Below are positions 21,124-25,890 of a stretch of DNA of 25,890 nt, in pieces (positions within the stretch are counted from its first letter, which is position 1; every line of letters starts with the position of its first letter). The DNA is from Oopsacas minuta (taxonomy: Eukaryota; Animalia; Porifera): contig JAKMXF010000277.1 in assembly GCA_024704765.1 (NCBI GenBank), positions 540,978 to 566,867 on the forward strand, written 5' to 3'. A program made the position numbers and the translations under genes. The notes beneath the pieces were generated by a model that saw only the letters and a list, made by a program, of their open reading frames with translations, searched no databases and was not told the DNA's origin.

Positions 21124-21815
21124 TACGAGTTCTTCGCTTCGCGATGAACACAGCGCATTGCACCTTGAGATACTTAATGAAGAAACAACAATTCAGATTT
21201 AGTAATATTGAGATTGTTTACAATATTCGGACTCAGCATCGAGTATACCAGTATAGTCGTTGAAATCATGTTTCTACCACAATTTTGAAATTTGTAACTT
21301 TATGTAACCAAAAGTGGACAAATATTCACAATATATTGTTTACAGTACCATAATTGGACTCAGCATACTCGATTACCCTTATATAGTAATTGAAAGCAAT
21401 TTTCTACCACAATATTGAAATTTTGTTTACTTTATGTACCTAAAAGTAAACAAATATTGACTATGTGTTGTTTACAATAGCATATTAGCACTCAGCATAC
21501 TCGATTACCCAGGATAGTCCTTGAAAGTATGATCCTACCTCAATTTTGAAATTTGTTTACTTTGTGTTCATAAAAACAACAATAAATATACATATGATTA
21601 ATCTAAAAGTGTGAAAATCGGGTTGAGCATGTTCGATACATTCGTGAAGTTTTGTTGAATTCTATTTACTTCCTTGATAAACACGTTAAATACATAGTTA
21701 TGCCACAATTTCAAAATTTCATACCGTAAATCCTTTCCTTGACAACGGACAAGCAAACAAACAGACAAATACACAGACAAACAGACAGACAACAATTGTG
21801 ATTTAATAATATCGA
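21124..21815 (-). mobile_element. Helitron-like non-autonomous element, copy 2
   Basis: Reverse-complement homolog of 422-980 with a longer (TGTC)n microsatellite (~21755-21790), three unit starts spaced 130 and 132 bp apart, and a degraded 3' hairpin. Confidence 0.6.
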
Positions 21816-22099
21816 TTTCACATAATTATTGTCATACAAAGCTGTAAATTGTCACTTACACTTCATGAAGTAAATGAAATATTTCTGGATACCAAATAGG
21901 GGCCCTGAAAATGCTAAAGTAGATCTCAATAAGGCAAGTAACTAATTAGAGAAAACTTGGAATCGACTCAAAATTACCAACGTCCTCGAAAGATGTGAAG
22001 AACCACCATTTGAGGTGTACTCGGCTTAGATAACAATGCACCACGATTTGTCCGAAAATAATCTTGAACAAATAGTTCTTAAGGACTATATTCACAAGT

Positions 22100-22750
22100 A
22101 GTGAAACTCCAGCCTAAAGTTAGCCAGTTGGTCTAAAATTCGTGATTTTCGTACAACTCTAATACTTCTATTCCAATTTGACACATTAGTATCAAATCCA
22201 ATTATAGTAACAGTTAACTACATTGACGACTCTTGAGACGTATCATCACACTCGATACAATCTATTGAAGAACTCCTGACGTTCCCGCTCAACTTTATGG
22301 TTTAACATGGTGTAGATGACTTGTGAAGTCACAGTATGTCTAGTCTTAGATCTCAAACAGCTCGTGATCGTTTATATTTTCTCTTGTTTATGATTTCTTA
22401 TCTTGAATTGAAAGATTGTCCAGAAAATTTCATCTGGTCTAATTAATACCCAAATTCTAAATTCTCCAACCTGCCAATCGCATTGCTAGCTCAAGAAGGG
22501 AACGTTGAACGTGTCATTACTCTAATGAATTTCTTGAATCCACAAATTGACGAACTCGTGTCAACTGGCTTCGAGAATGAAAGTGGACTTGTGATTAATA
22601 GTTGAGTTAAACATTACATCAACATAGTAACATTTAGCTTGACATACCATAGTAACCAAAGGTATAGAATGGAATGTTGGTATTATTTTGGTTTCGCTAA
22701 ACTTCGCTGAACAAATATTGTAGAATAATTTTATTCGATGGTAAACTTAC
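22100..22750 (+). pseudogene. Transib/RAG1-core-like DDE transposase, N-terminal part of core (decayed)
   Basis: A single frame from 22120 to 22602 with four stops reads LASWSKIRDFR...HGVDDL*SHS (D at 22315; compare Transib WGxDGSxxHS)...IWSN*YPNSKFSNLPIALL (compare Transib W.NP.PSSTR.CRPI and RAG1 PNSELCCKPLCLM). A possible second-Asp motif LFDGK lies at 22737 in another frame after a ~120-bp interruption. Confidence 0.6.
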
Positions 22751-24186
22751 CTCTTCACCCTTCAAGACTCTCTTGAGCTCAGAATATCTTGTTGCTCATA
22801 TTTCTAAGAGGTCTAGCAAATAAGCTGATTTTGGGATAGATACTTTATTGACAGCTTTAGCAAATGAACCCGTTTAATTTAGTTCTTCACATACACTGAA
22901 GTATTCGATCATAAGTTTCATTGGTAATCAATTCCTAAGCTAGACCAATTATTTTGGGGTACGACTTCTCTCTCCGATTTAAAGTTAATATGTTCAAGTA
23001 GTACATTAGTCAAACTCTTGAAGTTTTTAAATTACAATTTTTTAAAATATGTTTCCTCGAATCTACCGTGGTATATTCGGAAAATACTTAAATATCAGAA
23101 ATAGAAACTATAGAAAGGACCTCAGAACTCGAATAATCTGAAATAGCTTTTTTATGTGGATGCTTCTCCTTTAATGGAATAGGATGAGATACCATATTTT
23201 AACAGGTATCTAGATCATACCTTTTTCTGGAGGATTCCCAGATTTTTTGAGTACATTGAATTTGTGACGAAGTTTTGGCTGTCCTGCTCCAAAAGATTGT
23301 GATTTTGATTAGAAGACGGATAGATTATGTGATACCTCTATGGTTGGCCCTAAAAGTATGATAGGTTCCCTTGTTTTTATATAATCACTAATTTTGATTT
23401 GTAGACTATAATACAGATTCTAGTCATTATTATGTAAGCAATATCAATATACATTATATAAACCAATATTCATTCTAAAATAGAAGGCAATTTGGCACAA
23501 TGGCTTTGTTGTACATAAGGTGCCCAACATGTTTTGTCGGATTTCTTTGTCTCCAATGATTATTTGCCATTGAAAAATATTTGGGCGCCTTTGGGCGGGT
23601 CTAGAAACTATTGTAAAAGAATCTTATATTCATGAAAAATACAAAATGTCAAAAAATCAAACTTGCAATTGTTGCAATATAAGATCGGCGACTATAAACT
23701 TGGGTACTTTGGGGGAATTATCTAAAAGTAGGTCAACAAAGAAATTCATAAAATTATATCTGGTGTTTTGTCTTGGTGAATAATAGTTCAAATCAATTAA
23801 TAATTGTATGTTAAAACAGTTATACGATTATATGGTTCATATTACTGTGACTTGTATTCAAAGATAGCGACAACTTTGGGCTAAATATATTGAGGTTGTT
23901 GAGGTGTGGAAATTTCTAAATTATGCATATGTTTGAGGCTTTCATAAGCATGTTATAATTCTACAAGGCAACTAATAATATCATAATTTTAGGTTAGAAA
24001 TAGTGTAGAATTGAATCAAGCATAAATTTTGATAAATATCAATGTCATATTTTCACCTATTACCGCATGGGTCCACACTATGGAATATTATTAATTAGTA
24101 ACTAATCCAGTTGATTATATATCCTGTTTGGAAGTTTATCTATTTACTAACAAAATGATGAAATTTTCTGTGTATCTTTAGCAAAA

Positions 24187-24325
24187 GTTACTTAACGCTA
24201 CCAGGGGAGGGTTGTGGTGTGGTAATTGTGACAAACCTATTCTTTTTGTATTACAAAACTGTGAAAAAGCGTGACACAGGCTGGGGTGTCAAAATTTTTG
24301 GAATTTGCGTTACTTTACGTGTAAA
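24187..24325 (+). repeat. Short dispersed repeat, MITE-like; homologous to 9338-9485
   Basis: See the reciprocal alignment given for 9338-9485. Confidence 0.55.
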
Positions 24326-24435
24326 TGTCCATATTTCAATGAGAATACAAGAGCACACGCGGACACGAAGTGTTCGCGAGTCCGGAGCGTAAGAAATCAA
24401 AGCTTGCTTTATTAACTTAGTGTTAGAATGAATAC

Positions 24436-24618
24436 TAAGTAATAACTAAGTTATGCTTAGTTTTTGCTAAGTTTGCATAATTTTACTTTAACTTAACCAA
24501 TTCTTTGTTTTAATTAGTTTTGTAGTAACCTATGTACTGGTTAGGTTTAAGCAAAATTATGTAGTCTAAGTAAAATTATGCAAGCAAAACTATGTTTTAG
24601 TTGAGTTAAGTACTTTAG
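24436..24618. repeat. Small AT-rich foldback/MITE
   Basis: TTGCATAATTTTACTT (~24474) is inverted relative to AAGTAAAATTATGCAA (~24568), with further degenerate symmetry out to CTAAG / CTTTAG. Confidence 0.5.
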
Positions 24619-25890
24619 TGAATGCGACTGTGAAGTTAGCTGTATATTCGCCCTGGTCATTTCAATCACTAATTAGTCTTACATATACTCATCAGATTTC
24701 CTCGAAATTAGTATCATTCGGTAGAAGCGTGTTGGACGTTTTATAAAATATAATTTTCTTTAAGTTTTTTGACATATACCTATCTTTCTTTGTCATGACG
24801 AGTAGGGTCGCTTCTCTATTAAATATGACGACCTAAAAGTGATAATTCGAATATGAAATTTTTTGCCATATTTGTGACCCATGGATGTTTATCCCAATTC
24901 AATTTCATCCAAAATTTCCAAAAACTTATTGAGATTCAGGTTTTCAAAGTTGATTTCTCAGTTATAGTGGAGGGAGGTGAGTATCATTTACAGAAAGTAG
25001 GGCCAGTTTAAATCATATTTCTTACGCTAAATCTAACTGAATCTCTATTCTTTTGATACAAATCTATAGCCCACTCTCATAATATATATTTCTCCCTCAA
25101 GATTGTTCGAAGAGATAAAGTTAGATGTATCTAGTATCCAGAGCTATTTTGTTCCCTAATTTAAAACAACCATAAAATACCAAGCCATTTAATCCCAATA
25201 TTCAAATATTTTTAGTTTTGTCTAATTAATTCTGCACAAACTTTCTCTTCTTGCTTGAGTATATTACACAATGTGAAACATATAATTATTGCCCTGTATG
25301 CTTTCTTGAAGTGTCCTCTATTGTATAAACACCTGAATATTCATATTGCCTGTAAACATCCTATTTGCACCTTCTACTTTCAAAAGTTGATTTAACATGT
25401 ATAAACCACGTTTCAACAATATAGGTATTTATAATTAAATTATCGACACGAAAGATAAGTCTATCAACCAGGAGAATACTATATCACTTACCTCATTAAT
25501 CAAGAACATATTCAGAAAATGTGATATCTCATCCTTCAATCCTGAGCTCCTGCAACTGTTTCCCCTATGCCAAACCATTTTCTGTACTTTTTCCAAGATA
25601 CCTTAATTATATATGTATATATTTGCAACAAACGGAACTATTAAATTATGAGTTAACGATTACATCCACTGATGTAGTTTACATCGATAAGATCAGCTCT
25701 CTCACCATAAGAAATGATGCAAACACTATTAAACACATTTGTCCATAGCCTACTAAATATAAGGCCTAACAGTAACTTCAATTTTTTGTATCAGGGATAA
25801 GTTATTAGCTGATTATATTAACTACCCATTTTCTATTTTTAAAACTTCTGATTATTAATTAACCATACTGTTTAAATTCATTATAATAGT

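Noticed and set aside
22760-23350. Minus-strand decayed coding-like text including FIC*SCQ (possible Zn finger)
   Set aside because: Many stops and a single weak motif; no family assignable.
23496-23503. CACAATGG, a Transib-like TIR start
   Set aside because: Wrong orientation to close the plus-strand fragment, and no inverted partner or TSD found downstream.

Overview
AT-rich eukaryotic DNA, probably from an intron-poor invertebrate animal; the taxon cannot be fixed from sequence alone. The window is almost entirely decayed transposons around one host gene, the 5' coding exon of the AP-2 clathrin adaptor mu subunit (AP2M1, 15255-15966, +). I could not find the remaining ~200 codons of that gene in the window. 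Mobile DNA identified by manual translation and repeat matching: two full-length inactivated mariner elements with TIRs and TA target duplications; a hAT element nested in the C-terminal coding region of an older, GC-richer hAT; a 3'-truncated Ty3/Gypsy retrotransposon; two inverted copies of a Helitron-like non-autonomous element with different tandem-unit numbers; several MITEs; and a family of long palindromic (foldback) elements. Most notable are two divergently oriented, complementary pieces of a Transib/RAG1-core-like transposase (~20008-20730 minus and ~22100-22750 plus), only partly visible in the ORF track. All alignments, identities and family assignments were made by eye and from memory of family motifs; no database search was run.
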